The notes beneath the pieces were generated by a model. The model saw nothing but the letters and a program-made list of their open reading frames with translations, did not search any database and was not told the origin of the DNA. DNA of 64,000 nucleotides from an uncultured delta proteobacterium (lineage in GTDB: Bacteria > Desulfobacterota > Binatia > UBA9968): assembly GCA_963745835.1 (NCBI GenBank), contig CAVUZH010000018.1, forward strand, positions 256,001-320,000, given 5' to 3'. The translations under genes were made by a program, and so were the position numbers. Shown here piece by piece: positions 1 to 10,138 of this stretch. Position 1 is the stretch's first letter, and the number at the start of each line of letters is the position of its first letter.

Positions 1-1013
1 AATTTAATTATCTGCAATTGAAAGATGGCATCGTCTTCGCGTTGGATCAATGTCTTCAACGCGGCGTGACCACCGTTCACGACATAGTCCGCTATGCCGA
101 GCCGGTGCGGGCGTATCAGGAGCTTTACAAAGAAGGCCGCATGCATGCCCGGGTGAGTATCTTGCCCCGGGTGATCGAGTCGATGATCGAATCGAAGAGC
201 CTGATCGAGCTCGGTCTCATCACCGGCTTCGGCAACGAATGGCTGCGCATCGGCGGGGTCAAGATGAGCATCGACGGCGGGATTACCGGACGCAATGCTT
301 GTTTTCATGAGCCTTATGAAAACGACGAGCACAACCACGGCATTATAAGGATTCAGCAAGACGAGCTGAATCATACCGTGCAGGTATGTCACGATGCCGG
401 GCTGCGCTGCTGCGTTCACGCCATCGGCGACAAAGCTTTCGATATGGCGCTGGACGCCTACGAAAACGCTATCGAGCATTCGCCGCGCAAGGATCATCGC
501 CATCGTATCGAACACATGGGCAATTGGCTGGCCACGCCGAAACTCATGCAACGAATGGTACGATCGGGCATCGTGGCGATTCCAAATATTGCTTTTGCCT
601 ATTATATCGGCGATGCCATCCTCGATTGCGTCGGCGAGAGGCGGCTAACCAAAGCTTTTCCATTTCGAACGCTCTTGAAGAACGGCGTAATCATCGCGGG
701 CGGCTCCGATTCCCCGGGCTATTGGCCGGTCGATCCTCTACGGGATATTGCCACTGCCGCGTCACGCAAAATGCGCTGGGGCGATGTGTGGGTGCCCGAG
801 GAAAGAATCAGCGTGAGTGAAGCCTTCGCGATGCACACCACGACGGCGTCGTGGGTGGGGTTCGAGGAGAACGAAAAAGGCACATTGGAGGTTGGCAAGC
901 TCGGCGACATCGCCGTCCTGACGGAGGATCCATTTGAAACTCAACCGGAGCGCATCAAGGATATCAAAGTGGAGATGACGTTGGTGGGCGGAGAGGTGAA
1001 GTACCAGGCCTAG
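1..1013 (+). CDS. Amidohydrolase_3 (YtcJ-like) metal-dependent hydrolase, 5'-truncated by the window edge
   Basis: Motifs GGVKMSIDGG, VHAIGD, RHRIEH, GGSDSP, GTLEVGKLGD; frame is open back to the window start. Confidence 0.9.
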   Translation, partial: FNYLQLKDGIVFALDQCLQRGVTTVHDIVRYAEPVRAYQELYKEGRMHARVSILPRVIESMIESKSLIELGLITGFGNEWLRIGGVKMSIDGGITGRNACFHEPYENDEHNHGIIRIQQDELNHTVQVCHDAGLRCCVHAIGDKAFDMALDAYENAIEHSPRKDHRHRIEHMGNWLATPKLMQRMVRSGIVAIPNIAFAYYIGDAILDCVGERRLTKAFPFRTLLKNGVIIAGGSDSPGYWPVDPLRDIATAASRKMRWGDVWVPEERISVSEAFAMHTTTASWVGFEENEKGTLEVGKLGDIAVLTEDPFETQPERIKDIKVEMTLVGGEVKYQA

Positions 1014-1135
1014 GATAACGGACTACGGATACGGCACTCGCAAGCAGTGATCCGCATTCGAGTCGCCGCCCGATCCCTGCTCAGCGATCGGCTTTGTTCA
1101 AGTTCGTGAATCTTCTCTTTGGTTGTAAGGAGAAT

Positions 1136-2143
1136 ATGGAGTTCTGTCACAACCGTGATTTCCGCCCCAGATTAGCGTTATTTGCCGCCATTGTTATTCT
1201 TGTGTTGCCAACCTTGGCGGCGGCACAATCACCACTCAAAGTAAGAGCAGCTTATGGAGCGATGTCCGCAGCTATGGCGCCGTTGTGGTACGCCCAAGAC
1301 ACCAAGCTGTTCGATAGGTTTGGAGTACATGTAGAGCTGCTATATATACAGGGCCAGCCGATAGCTCTTCCAGCGCTTGTGACAAAGGAAATCGATGTGT
1401 TGTTGACCAGCGGTGGGAGCGCTGTTCCTTTTATCATGAATGGCTTGCCGTTGACCATGGTTGCCAATCTCAACAACATACAACCGTATCGGCTGCTGGT
1501 CGCTCCGGAAATCAAAAATGCGAGTGATTTGAAGGGCAAGAAAGTGGCCGTAAGCCGGATCGGCGCCACGAGTCATCAACTCGCTGTCATGAGTCTCGAA
1601 AAGCTCGGACTTAAATCCAATGACGTCACTTACTTACAAGTGGGTGGCCAGTCAGAAAGACTTGCGGCTCTCAAGGTGCGCGCTGTCGATGCGACATTGA
1701 TCAACCCGCCGGCCAATCTGACGGCTCGTAAACTGGGATTCAATGAAATCTTCGATCTAAAAGAATTGGGAGAGAACTTCCTCTTTCAAGTGCTCGTCAC
1801 TCGCAAGACCGATTCGGATATTAAGGTCGAATGGCTTCAACGTTTCATAAAGATGACCATGGAAGCAGTAAGGCTGATGAAGGCTGATCAACAGACTACT
1901 ATCAAAATCATCGGCAAGTATCTTAAGGAAACGGATCGCGAAGCCCTCGAAGAAAGCTTCAAAGTTCATGCGCTGAGCATGGTCGACTATCCGCTGGTGA
2001 GCCGTAGCGCAGTGGAGGATGCCTACAATGACGCTCTCAAGGCGCTGAAAGGAACCGTTCCCAGGAATACCAACATAGACAGCATGTACGACAACAGTCT
2101 GTTACAGAATATCAAAGGCGGGGCGCAATCTGGAAAGAAGTAG
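1136..2143 (+). CDS. ABC transporter substrate-binding protein, NMT1/SsuA family
   Basis: Signal peptide, DLKGKKVAVSRIGATSH motif; AAGGAG RBS before ATG 1136. Confidence 0.85.
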   Translation: MEFCHNRDFRPRLALFAAIVILVLPTLAAAQSPLKVRAAYGAMSAAMAPLWYAQDTKLFDRFGVHVELLYIQGQPIALPALVTKEIDVLLTSGGSAVPFIMNGLPLTMVANLNNIQPYRLLVAPEIKNASDLKGKKVAVSRIGATSHQLAVMSLEKLGLKSNDVTYLQVGGQSERLAALKVRAVDATLINPPANLTARKLGFNEIFDLKELGENFLFQVLVTRKTDSDIKVEWLQRFIKMTMEAVRLMKADQQTTIKIIGKYLKETDREALEESFKVHALSMVDYPLVSRSAVEDAYNDALKALKGTVPRNTNIDSMYDNSLLQNIKGGAQSGKK

Positions 2144-2156
2144 ACCGGTAATCACT

Positions 2157-2537
2157 ATGAAGCCCAAATTCATCAAACACGATCCGCCTCGGCGTTATTC
2201 CAAGGCGTCGGTTTATGGCGATTTCATTTTTTTGGCGGGCGAAGATTCCAAAGACCCAAAAACTCAAAAGGTGAGGGGAACAACGGCCGCCGAACAAGCG
2301 GAGTACCTGTTCCAGAATATGAAAGCAACGCTGGAGAGTTTAGGAAGTGGACTTGAGGATGTCATCAAGACTACGATCTATCTCACCGACGCTCGCCACG
2401 CCGATGGTTACCGGGAAGGGCGTAAGAAATATCTGCCGCATGCGCCGCCGAGCACTCTTATCATGGGTGTTCAATTGGCCGAACCGGAGATGCTGATCGA
2501 AATCGAAGCGGTAGCCGTAATTTCTGAAAAAAAGTAA
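2157..2537 (+). CDS. RidA/YjgF family protein
   Basis: YSKA..GDFIFLAGE, DVIKTTIYL, LIEIEAVAV. Confidence 0.9.
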   Translation: MKPKFIKHDPPRRYSKASVYGDFIFLAGEDSKDPKTQKVRGTTAAEQAEYLFQNMKATLESLGSGLEDVIKTTIYLTDARHADGYREGRKKYLPHAPPSTLIMGVQLAEPEMLIEIEAVAVISEKK

Positions 2538-2607
2538 CCGCCATGTCAGAGATCGTTGCTAGATTGTGTGGTTGCACTCTTTCTCTATTGTCAGGACGCT
2601 GCTTGGG

Positions 2608-3189
2608 TCAGCTTTTTACTTTCAGAGTTGGAGCGAGCCCGGTCGTCGTATCGCCTAAAACCTCTCCATGAGCGATACCCAGCGTTTTAATCCAGCGCTG
2701 CTGTCCCAAGGTAAGCGCGACAAAAAAGCCGAGCTCAACCAACTCTTCGGTGGTAAAGTGCTGATGCAACTTCTGCCAGAGTGCGTTGTCAGCGATTCCT
2801 GAGTTCCAGATAATCGCGCTGGTATAGGTCAGCGCCACCTTTTCCCGTTCGGAAAACTTTTCCGAATCGGCAAAATTCAGCAGCTCATCAATCTTGTCCT
2901 CGGTCAGACCCTTCCGTCCAGCCTGGACGGACCGCTGGACTCCTCAGTATTCACAGTCGATGGACTTTGAAACATAAACACGGCAGAGCTCCTTGAGAGC
3001 ATGGTCGCAAACACCCTGCCGGTAGGTCAGTTCCCATGCTTGCGAGAACGCCCGAATGACACTTGGGTTATTGGCCCGAATCGCTTGACTCTCAGGCCGG
3101 GGCGTACCTTCTTTGCGCGCCAGTTCGAGGTAACCCAGAATTTCCGGGTCCGTGATAGACGCCGGATCGGCATAGGGAATGTGCGGCAT
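2608..3189 (-). CDS. AhpD/carboxymuconolactone decarboxylase-family selenoprotein (CxxU)
   Basis: ORFs 2944-3189 and 2608-2838 are in frame and joined through one TGA (2944-2946): ...LKELCRVYVSKSIDCEY-U-GVQRSVQAGRKGLTEDKIDELLNFADSEKFSEREKVALTY...; hairpin just downstream. Confidence 0.85.
2914..2930 (-). promoter_or_regulatory. Putative bacterial SECIS hairpin
   Basis: CCGTCCA-GGC-TGGACGG, a perfect 7-bp stem with a G-containing loop, 13 nt 3' of the in-frame UGA. Confidence 0.7.
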
Positions 3190-3226
3190 TGGCAGTACCT
3201 CCTTCGGTCAACCCTACTCGGCTGCA

Positions 3227-4288
3227 TCAATTGAAGCCATAGAACTTCTTTGGATTCGTCTCAAGGATTTTGCTGACCACCCCAGGTGCAATTCGTTTAT
3301 CATTGCGCAGCAGATGAATGGCGTTGAGCTCGGTCGAGGGATCATGGTGACCGTAGTCGGTGCCGATCATCAGACAATCCTCGCCGGCATGGCTCAATAC
3401 GTAAGGCAGATCATCAGTGTTTTCGCATGCCACCCACAGGTTGTTTGCCGCGAGCGGGTCGGCTGGAAACGGTCTCCCCTGACGCCGGAAGCGATCGGCT
3501 AGATCGTTGAGAACATAGGGCACCCATTGGGCGCTGACCTCGACAAAGCCCCAGCGAACCTTCGGAAATTTTTTCGGAATTTCTTTCTCAAGCAAGGTAT
3601 GGAAAGCGCCGACGACAGTCAATTTGAATTTAGTAAAGCTAGTATCCTCGGCGAAGAAGTCATGATGAATAAAACTGCCGTTGGCCGAATGAATGCAGAC
3701 GGGAAGATCGAGTTCGGCCGCCATTTCCCAGAGCGGGTAGAAATACGGAGCGCCGAGCGCCCGCTCGCATTCCAGGCCGCGCATGAAGATGCCGCATGCG
3801 CCGTTTTTCTTGGACCATTCGAGTTCCTGTCTTAATGCGGCGGGCGTTTTTTCCAGCAAACGCAGGGGCGGCTTGGCCACCCAGCGCAATCGCCCTTGAC
3901 CCTGCCGCCAAAGCTCGCCCATCCAGCGATTATAAGACTTGCACAGAGCACGCTCGCGTTCGGCATCCTGCAGAACCGGCCGGAGAAACAGCGTCGGATA
4001 AAGCACCTGCGTTTCGATGCCGAGGTCATCCATATGCGCGAGCCGTGCCTGGACGCTGAGCATTTCACGCGATTCCTTTGACGTATCCGTGCCCACATTG
4101 CGGTCTTTGCCGAATGCGCGGTTCTCGATCACCCAGAATTCGGGGACGGCGATTCCTTCATTACTGAGAAGTTTCTCGCCGAAGGTTTGAGTCATGAGTT
4201 GCGGAGTGTAACGTCTTTCATCATTCTCCAGGTAGCTCCATGTCTGCACCGTCTCGATCACATGTGCATCTGCGTCAATCGCTCCCAT
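3227..4288 (-). CDS. Amidohydrolase_2 family protein
   Basis: IDADAHVIE, QVLYPT, PVCIH, IGTDYGHHD; AGGAGG RBS. Confidence 0.9.
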   Translation of the reverse strand: MGAIDADAHVIETVQTWSYLENDERRYTPQLMTQTFGEKLLSNEGIAVPEFWVIENRAFGKDRNVGTDTSKESREMLSVQARLAHMDDLGIETQVLYPTLFLRPVLQDAERERALCKSYNRWMGELWRQGQGRLRWVAKPPLRLLEKTPAALRQELEWSKKNGACGIFMRGLECERALGAPYFYPLWEMAAELDLPVCIHSANGSFIHHDFFAEDTSFTKFKLTVVGAFHTLLEKEIPKKFPKVRWGFVEVSAQWVPYVLNDLADRFRRQGRPFPADPLAANNLWVACENTDDLPYVLSHAGEDCLMIGTDYGHHDPSTELNAIHLLRNDKRIAPGVVSKILETNPKKFYGFN

Positions 4289-4646
4289 CAGCTTCCTCCT
4301 TGAACTAAAGTACTTCCGCTCCGAGTTGCTCGTGATGAGGACCACCAGTTCGTATCCACCACCGGCTTCTCACGGAACCATGCAACAATACTGGAGGGCA
4401 TTGGCATGTCATAACATGATCGGTTTGAAGCGGGCAATTCAATAGAGCAGCTCGATTCTACAGCTTGGATCTCGCGGGGAGCCAGGCATTTTTGTAGCTC
4501 GACCTATCCACCAACGGATTCTATCGTACCGTCAGACTTGACGTTGCTTGTGAATTCTCGGCGGTGCCGCTATTGAGTAAAAAACCGGTTCAATGACAGC
4601 TTCTAAGCCTTGCGAATGAACCTTGACCTCGATAGGAGGAACTTTG

Positions 4647-4956
4647 ATGCTGCATATTGCTTTTCTATTTACAGTAGATCACCGATGCCGCGAAGATGGA
4701 AGAATACCGCAGCCGCGTTCTGGCAACCGTAAAGCATTATGGCGGGCGCTACTTGGCAGTGGGCGGCAGATGCGAGGTGGTGGAAGGCACCTGGCGGCCG
4801 GTATTGCCGGTGCTCATCGAATTTCTAAACCTCGAACCGGCCAAGGCCTGGTACGGTTCCGATCAATACAAAGAGCTGAAAGCGCTGCGACTCTCGGCGA
4901 CCAAGGGCGACGTGGTGTTCATAGAAAGCGGGCCCAACGAGTTCGACGGGCCTTGA
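4647..4956 (+). pseudogene. DUF1330 family protein with a degraded 5' end
   Basis: ITDAAKMEEYR..YGGRYLAVGG..EGTW..LIEF..AKAWYGSDQY; the N-terminus (AAYCF) is out of frame and a TAG lies just before ITD. Confidence 0.65.
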
Positions 4957-5140
4957 TGTGCCGAATTAGGTGGAGCTAGCCTGTGCCGCATGCTAACTTC
5001 TATGATCGCAATGCAGACTCGCGACATTCAAGCTTAGCTTAACAGTATGCAAGAAATCCCAGAATCTCTGAGGTGGGTTCTTTGAGCGGGAGATGGATCG
5101 CGGAAAAGTTTTATAATTTATCTCCCAGGGAAGGAGACGG

Positions 5141-5362
5141 ATGAAAGTTGTTCTGCTTGCTTTGGCGATGTTGGTGGCTGCCTGCGCCAGCCCGCCGCCA
5201 CCGGCTCAAACGAGGGACAAGACCACTACAACGGCAAACCCAAGCAGCTTGAGTCGTGATACCACGGATTGCGAGCGTCAGGCTGCGCTGGCCGGCCCGG
5301 GTGAGAGAGCCAAAGCTTTTGAGAGCTGCATGAAAGCGAAAAACCGGACGCCGCAGCGTTAA
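5141..5362 (+). CDS. Small lipoprotein with a Cys pair
   Basis: Lipobox LVAAC, two further Cys (DCE, SCM), AAGGAG RBS. Confidence 0.75.
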   Translation: MKVVLLALAMLVAACASPPPPAQTRDKTTTTANPSSLSRDTTDCERQAALAGPGERAKAFESCMKAKNRTPQR

Positions 5363-5409
5363 AAGCGGATAAAGATCCAACTGCGCGAGATTACGCCGCC
5401 GAAGCCGGA

Positions 5410-7812
5410 CTAGCGCAACACCTCTCGTTGTCTGAGATCCGCAATCTGCCGGCTGGACATGCCCAGTAATTCACCGAATACCGACTCGTTATCGTCGCCG
5501 GCGAAGCGCGCTTGCTCTTCAGCCGTAAATTTCGCTGCGCTCGACCGAACTGATGGCCCGGCGCGCGTCACCCAACCGGTGGACTGATGAAACACCTCCC
5601 GCGCAGAGCCGCGCTCGCGCAGGTGCGGATCGCGATAGAGATCTTCGGCGGTTTGCACTACCCCGGCGGCTATGCCGTTGCGCTGCAAAATCATCATGAC
5701 CTGATGCGGCGTGTGCCGGGCCGTCCACGAGTCGACCAAAGGATCGAGCTCTGAACGATTTGCAACCCGGGATGAAAGATCCCTGAACCGAGCATCTGCA
5801 AACCACTCGCGATGGCCGACGACATCGCAGAAGTGCGCCCATTCTTCTTCCGTCTGCACCGAAATAACACACCAGCGGTCGTCTCCCTTGCATTTATAGC
5901 AGCCGTGCGGCGCAGAGAACGCGCTGAAATTGCCGCGTGGTTGAGGCTCCCGCCCGGTTAGCAACCATTCCAGATGTGCCGGAGCAATGAGCGAGGCAGC
6001 CGTCTCGGCCTGGGAGAGGTCGATGTACTGGCCTTTGCCGGTACGCGCGCGATAGTGCAGAGCCGCTAGAATCGCCAGCGCGCCATAGGAGGGCGCGATG
6101 TAATCGGGAAAGGCCGTCTGACAAGCGGCACCCGGCCGCTCGCTTTCGGGATCACGCCAGAGATAAGCCATGCCGGAATAAGCCATGAGAATTGGTCCGA
6201 AACTGACATAGTCGCGCCGCGGCCCGGTCTGACCAAAAGCCTGAAGGCTGGCCATAATGATGTCGCTGCGAACTTTGCGCATGCGCGGATAGTCCAGTGA
6301 CCAACTCGCCATCACCCGGGCGCTGAAATTTTCCGCGACAACGTCCGATTGAGCGATGAGGCGCTTGGCGAGATCCACTCCCTCGCTGTGCTTCATGTTG
6401 ATGGCGATCCGTTTGCGGCCGCGGTTACTTTCGAGATCGGAGGCAATTTGAAATTGTTGGCCGCGCTGCGGGCTGCGGATGGCCCGACCGGCTTCAATGG
6501 AAATAACCTCTGCGCCATGTTCAGCCAACAGGCAGCCCAGGGCCGGTCCGACAACGCCGGTTGGAAAACTGATGACTCTGATGCCCGCAAAAGCTCGGCT
6601 ACTGCTCTCCGGTGATTTCAATGATTCCAGCGCCGGTGAGGGTCGCGACCAATCGCTCGTTATCATTGATTGATGTTCGCCAACGAGCGGCGCGCCCCGG
6701 CCGATATGCCAGGGGCTTTCAGAAAATTTATAAGGATCCCCAGGAAAACGGTGCCGGCCTAAATGAGCGTGATTGATTTCCACAACATAGTCGCGATGCC
6801 GGGTCTGTTCATCATCGAGAAAGGCACTGGGCGAGTTAATTGGGGCGGCGGCCAACCGACGCCCTTGAAATTCATCGAAGAAACCTTTCACGTAATAATT
6901 CAAAGTGCGGGCCTCGATGAGACGATCGAGCAGCGGCCGTAGTGGCAATCGGTTCTGCACGTTCTCGAATTTGGGATCGATCAACTCCGGTGGATTTCCG
7001 AGCCATTCAACCAGACGTCGCCAGTGATCCGGTTGGTTGCAGAAGAGGCGAACAAAACCGTCTTTGCACTGGTAGGTCTCAGCAACCGTCGTTGCCTGGC
7101 TGTGTCCGGTGCGCTGCAGTATTTCACCCGTGACACTGTAGCGCGTGATGATGCGTAGAAAGGGATCGGCAACCAACACGTCCTGAAGTGAGATGTCCAG
7201 ATGATCGCCACGCCCAGAGACGCGCCGGTTGAACAGGGCTACCAAGGTGCCAAACGCCGCATGCACGGATCCCAGACGATAGGCGATATCGCACGGACCG
7301 CTGAGCGGGGCGCGCTCGGGATGGCCGCATAGATTCATCAAACCGCCCATCGCAAATGCGACGATACTCGGCGTCTTGAAATCGCGATAAGGGCCCGTGC
7401 TGCCAAAGCCACTGATGGAAGTCATGACCAGTGCTGGATTGATGGCTTGCAGATCTTCGTATCCGAGACCGAGCCGTTGGCAAAATGCCACTGGACGATC
7501 TTCGATGAACACGTCTGCATGGCCAACGAGATGGCGCAGCCTTGCACGATCATTCTCCGACTCTAGATCCAGGACAATTCCCTGCTTGTTTGTGTGATAG
7601 GCGGCAAAGGAGATACTTCCTTCCGGGTTCGGACTGTCCTTGAACGGCCCCTCGCCTCGCATGATTTCGCCACCGGGTGGTTCTATGAGAATTACCTCGG
7701 CGCCAAGATTTGCCAGAAGCAGACCGCAGTATCCTCCCATTCGACTGGTAAAATCCAAGACACGTAGACCGGCTAACGCACCCGATTTCAATGGATTCGA
7801 TTCGACAGGCAT
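5410..7812 (-). CDS. Two-domain CaiB/BaiF class III CoA-transferase
   Basis: Two repeats: LAGLRVLDF...LGAEVILIEPP and FAGIRVISF...HGAEVISIE; DVVAENFS. Confidence 0.92.
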   Translation of the reverse strand: MPVESNPLKSGALAGLRVLDFTSRMGGYCGLLLANLGAEVILIEPPGGEIMRGEGPFKDSPNPEGSISFAAYHTNKQGIVLDLESENDRARLRHLVGHADVFIEDRPVAFCQRLGLGYEDLQAINPALVMTSISGFGSTGPYRDFKTPSIVAFAMGGLMNLCGHPERAPLSGPCDIAYRLGSVHAAFGTLVALFNRRVSGRGDHLDISLQDVLVADPFLRIITRYSVTGEILQRTGHSQATTVAETYQCKDGFVRLFCNQPDHWRRLVEWLGNPPELIDPKFENVQNRLPLRPLLDRLIEARTLNYYVKGFFDEFQGRRLAAAPINSPSAFLDDEQTRHRDYVVEINHAHLGRHRFPGDPYKFSESPWHIGRGAPLVGEHQSMITSDWSRPSPALESLKSPESSSRAFAGIRVISFPTGVVGPALGCLLAEHGAEVISIEAGRAIRSPQRGQQFQIASDLESNRGRKRIAINMKHSEGVDLAKRLIAQSDVVAENFSARVMASWSLDYPRMRKVRSDIIMASLQAFGQTGPRRDYVSFGPILMAYSGMAYLWRDPESERPGAACQTAFPDYIAPSYGALAILAALHYRARTGKGQYIDLSQAETAASLIAPAHLEWLLTGREPQPRGNFSAFSAPHGCYKCKGDDRWCVISVQTEEEWAHFCDVVGHREWFADARFRDLSSRVANRSELDPLVDSWTARHTPHQVMMILQRNGIAAGVVQTAEDLYRDPHLRERGSAREVFHQSTGWVTRAGPSVRSSAAKFTAEEQARFAGDDNESVFGELLGMSSRQIADLRQREVLR

Positions 7813-8078
7813 TCGATAGATCCTCGAGAAGTCTCAAATAAAATTTTTCAAAACTCACAGCTCAGAAAAAGTTTTCTAATGTCATCCTGTCCACCTGCAC
7901 AGAAACTCGGAAGAGCCGAATTCACCGCAGAAGGTCGGACTTCGCCTTCCGTACAACGAATACACACGATGACTATGCACTCGTTTGGGAATATATTTGC
8001 AGCGGACTATAAATAACAAGAGACGCTCGATGTTTACCCCTCGTACGAGTGGTTTGTTGGTAACCGTTGATTCTGGCG

Positions 8079-8513
8079 ATGATTCCAGCGCAAACAGTTT
8101 ATCCGGTGCTTGCCGATTTGGTTGTCTTGGTCCATCTAGGCTTTGTCGTCTTCGTGGTTTTAGGCGGATTGTTGGTGATGAAATGGCCCGGGCTGATCTG
8201 GTTCCATTTGCCGGCGGTGTTCTGGGGCATCGCTATCGAACTTTCCGGCTGGATTTGTCCTTTGACGCCGCTCGAGAACTGGCTCCGGCACAAAGGAGGA
8301 GAAGAAAACTATCAGTTTGATTTTGTCGCGCATTACCTCTTGCCGATGCTTTATCCGCAAGGGCTAACGCGTAGATCGCAGATTGTCCTCGGTGCTCTCG
8401 TGCTCGTCGTGAATGGCGCGATCTATGGGTGGGTTCTTAGAAAAAGGAAGGTTCAACGGTTCAATCGTTTAACCGTTCAACGCCCTGCTAAGCCTCAACT
8501 CCGCAATCGCTAA
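8079..8513 (+). CDS. DUF2784 membrane protein
   Basis: LADLVVLVHLGF, WICPLTPLENWLR; the C-terminus runs into a GTTCAA repeat. Confidence 0.85.
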   Translation: MIPAQTVYPVLADLVVLVHLGFVVFVVLGGLLVMKWPGLIWFHLPAVFWGIAIELSGWICPLTPLENWLRHKGGEENYQFDFVAHYLLPMLYPQGLTRRSQIVLGALVLVVNGAIYGWVLRKRKVQRFNRLTVQRPAKPQLRNR

Positions 8514-8621
8514 TCCTTAAACACTGATAATTAGCTCAGTCTCTAATTCGAATAAGAAGTCAAAGCTCAAATTTCGTTGAGCTGAACTCGAGATCGGTCT
8601 GACGTTGAACTGTTTGAACGG
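8450..8621. repeat. GTTCAA-rich imperfect inverted repeat between convergent genes
   Basis: gttcaacggttcaatcgtttaaccgttcaacg ... cgttgaactgtttgaacgg. Confidence 0.5.
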
Positions 8622-8631
8622 AGTCTTGTTC

Positions 8632-10137
8632 TTAATCCGTTTTCGAAATGGGCGCGAGCTTCCCGCTGCTGTCGTAAACCTCGATGGGCCCGTATTTTTC
8701 CAGAGCAGGTTTGATCTTGTCCGCATCGCCTACCGCCACTAGCTGCATCGTGTCCGGGTCGAGATAGGTACGCGCCACACGCTGCAGATCTTCCGCGGTC
8801 ACCGCCATGATTTGGCTCGGATAGTTGTCCCAGTAATCTGGAGGAAAGCCATAGGTTTTCTGCACCATGGCAAAAGCCAGCACGCCAGTCGGCTGCTCCA
8901 GAGATAGCGCAAAACGCGCGGTGATAGCGCGTTTGGCATCAGCCAATTCGCTATCAGAAACTTTTTCATCGCGAATGCGCCGGATCTCGTTGAAGAATTC
9001 AGCCACGGCTGGGGCGGTCACTTCCGTGCGCATACTACCGCCGGCGCGCCATGGACCGGGGTAACGAAGCGCGGTCAGATCGCTGTAGACTCCGTAGGTG
9101 TAGCCTTTTTCCTCGCGAAGATTCAAAAACAACCGGGCCGCGGCGCCGCCGCCAAGGATGTGATTCATGACCACCAGCGGTACATAGTCCGGACTGCGGC
9201 GCTCGATGGCGATGTTGCCCAGAGCGATGGTTGTTTGCACCGAGTTGGGCCGATCGACCAGGTAAACTTTCCGCTCGGTGGTTGGAACGGCATTGGCCGG
9301 CAAGGTTTCTTTCAAGCTGGTCGCTTCCCAATCGGCCAGCCATTTCTCGAGCTTGGGGATCAGTTCTCCAGCGCGCACGTTGCCGGCAAATCCCAAAATT
9401 GCATTCTGCGGCACATAGCGCTCGCGATGCCACTTTGCCAAAACCGCCGGTGTTAACGATTCGAGCGATTCTGCTGTCGCTGAGACAATTGCAGCCGGAT
9501 GCTGGCTGAAAAGCGCGCGGTTGAAACGCTCGCTGGCGAGAAAACCAGGTGATGCTCTCTGCTGGCGCAACTGCACGCCTAGTCGTTGCTTGAGGTTGTC
9601 TAGTTCGCGGGCCGGAAAACTAGGATGAAGCAAGACCTCCAGCGCCAAAGGAAACCAGATGTCAAAGTTATCGCTCAATCCGGAGGCGCCAAAGGTAGTG
9701 ACCGAGGAGCCGAAGTCGGCCGATCCGCCGAAACTTGCTCCCAATTTGTCGGCCTCTTCGGCAATCTGTTTGCTGTCGCGCGATTTCGTCCCCTCGCGTA
9801 GCATCTGCGCCGTGACACTCGCCAGCCCGGCAACATTCTCGGGTTCGTACAAAGCTCCAGCGGCGCTGATTTGCAGTTGAACCGAGATCGCCGGAAAGCG
9901 GTGATCTTCGGCGATCAGCACGGTAAGGCCATTTTTCAATTTCGCTTCTACGGGTTTGGGCAGCTTGACTCGAAGAACCTCGCTCGACAGCGGCGCTTGG
10001 TTCTTTCTTTCTACTTTACTCGTCGGCGTGCTCGGCGCCGAATCTTGAGCGCGAATCGGAGAAGTTAGAAATAGAAACCCAGCGGCAAGGCTGATTGCCG
10101 CCGTCAAAGACCGATAAGATTTACGAGATTGATTCAT
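8632..10137 (-). CDS. M16 peptidase, non-catalytic subunit
   Basis: LKNGLTVL, GLASVTAQMLREGT (no HxxEH), RLFLNLREEKGYTY. Confidence 0.9.
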   Translation of the reverse strand: MNQSRKSYRSLTAAISLAAGFLFLTSPIRAQDSAPSTPTSKVERKNQAPLSSEVLRVKLPKPVEAKLKNGLTVLIAEDHRFPAISVQLQISAAGALYEPENVAGLASVTAQMLREGTKSRDSKQIAEEADKLGASFGGSADFGSSVTTFGASGLSDNFDIWFPLALEVLLHPSFPARELDNLKQRLGVQLRQQRASPGFLASERFNRALFSQHPAAIVSATAESLESLTPAVLAKWHRERYVPQNAILGFAGNVRAGELIPKLEKWLADWEATSLKETLPANAVPTTERKVYLVDRPNSVQTTIALGNIAIERRSPDYVPLVVMNHILGGGAAARLFLNLREEKGYTYGVYSDLTALRYPGPWRAGGSMRTEVTAPAVAEFFNEIRRIRDEKVSDSELADAKRAITARFALSLEQPTGVLAFAMVQKTYGFPPDYWDNYPSQIMAVTAEDLQRVARTYLDPDTMQLVAVGDADKIKPALEKYGPIEVYDSSGKLAPISKTD

Positions 10138-10138
10138 A

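Noticed and set aside
4675-4680. Pyrrolysine TAG in the DUF1330 gene
   Set aside because: Additional frameshifts upstream point to decay
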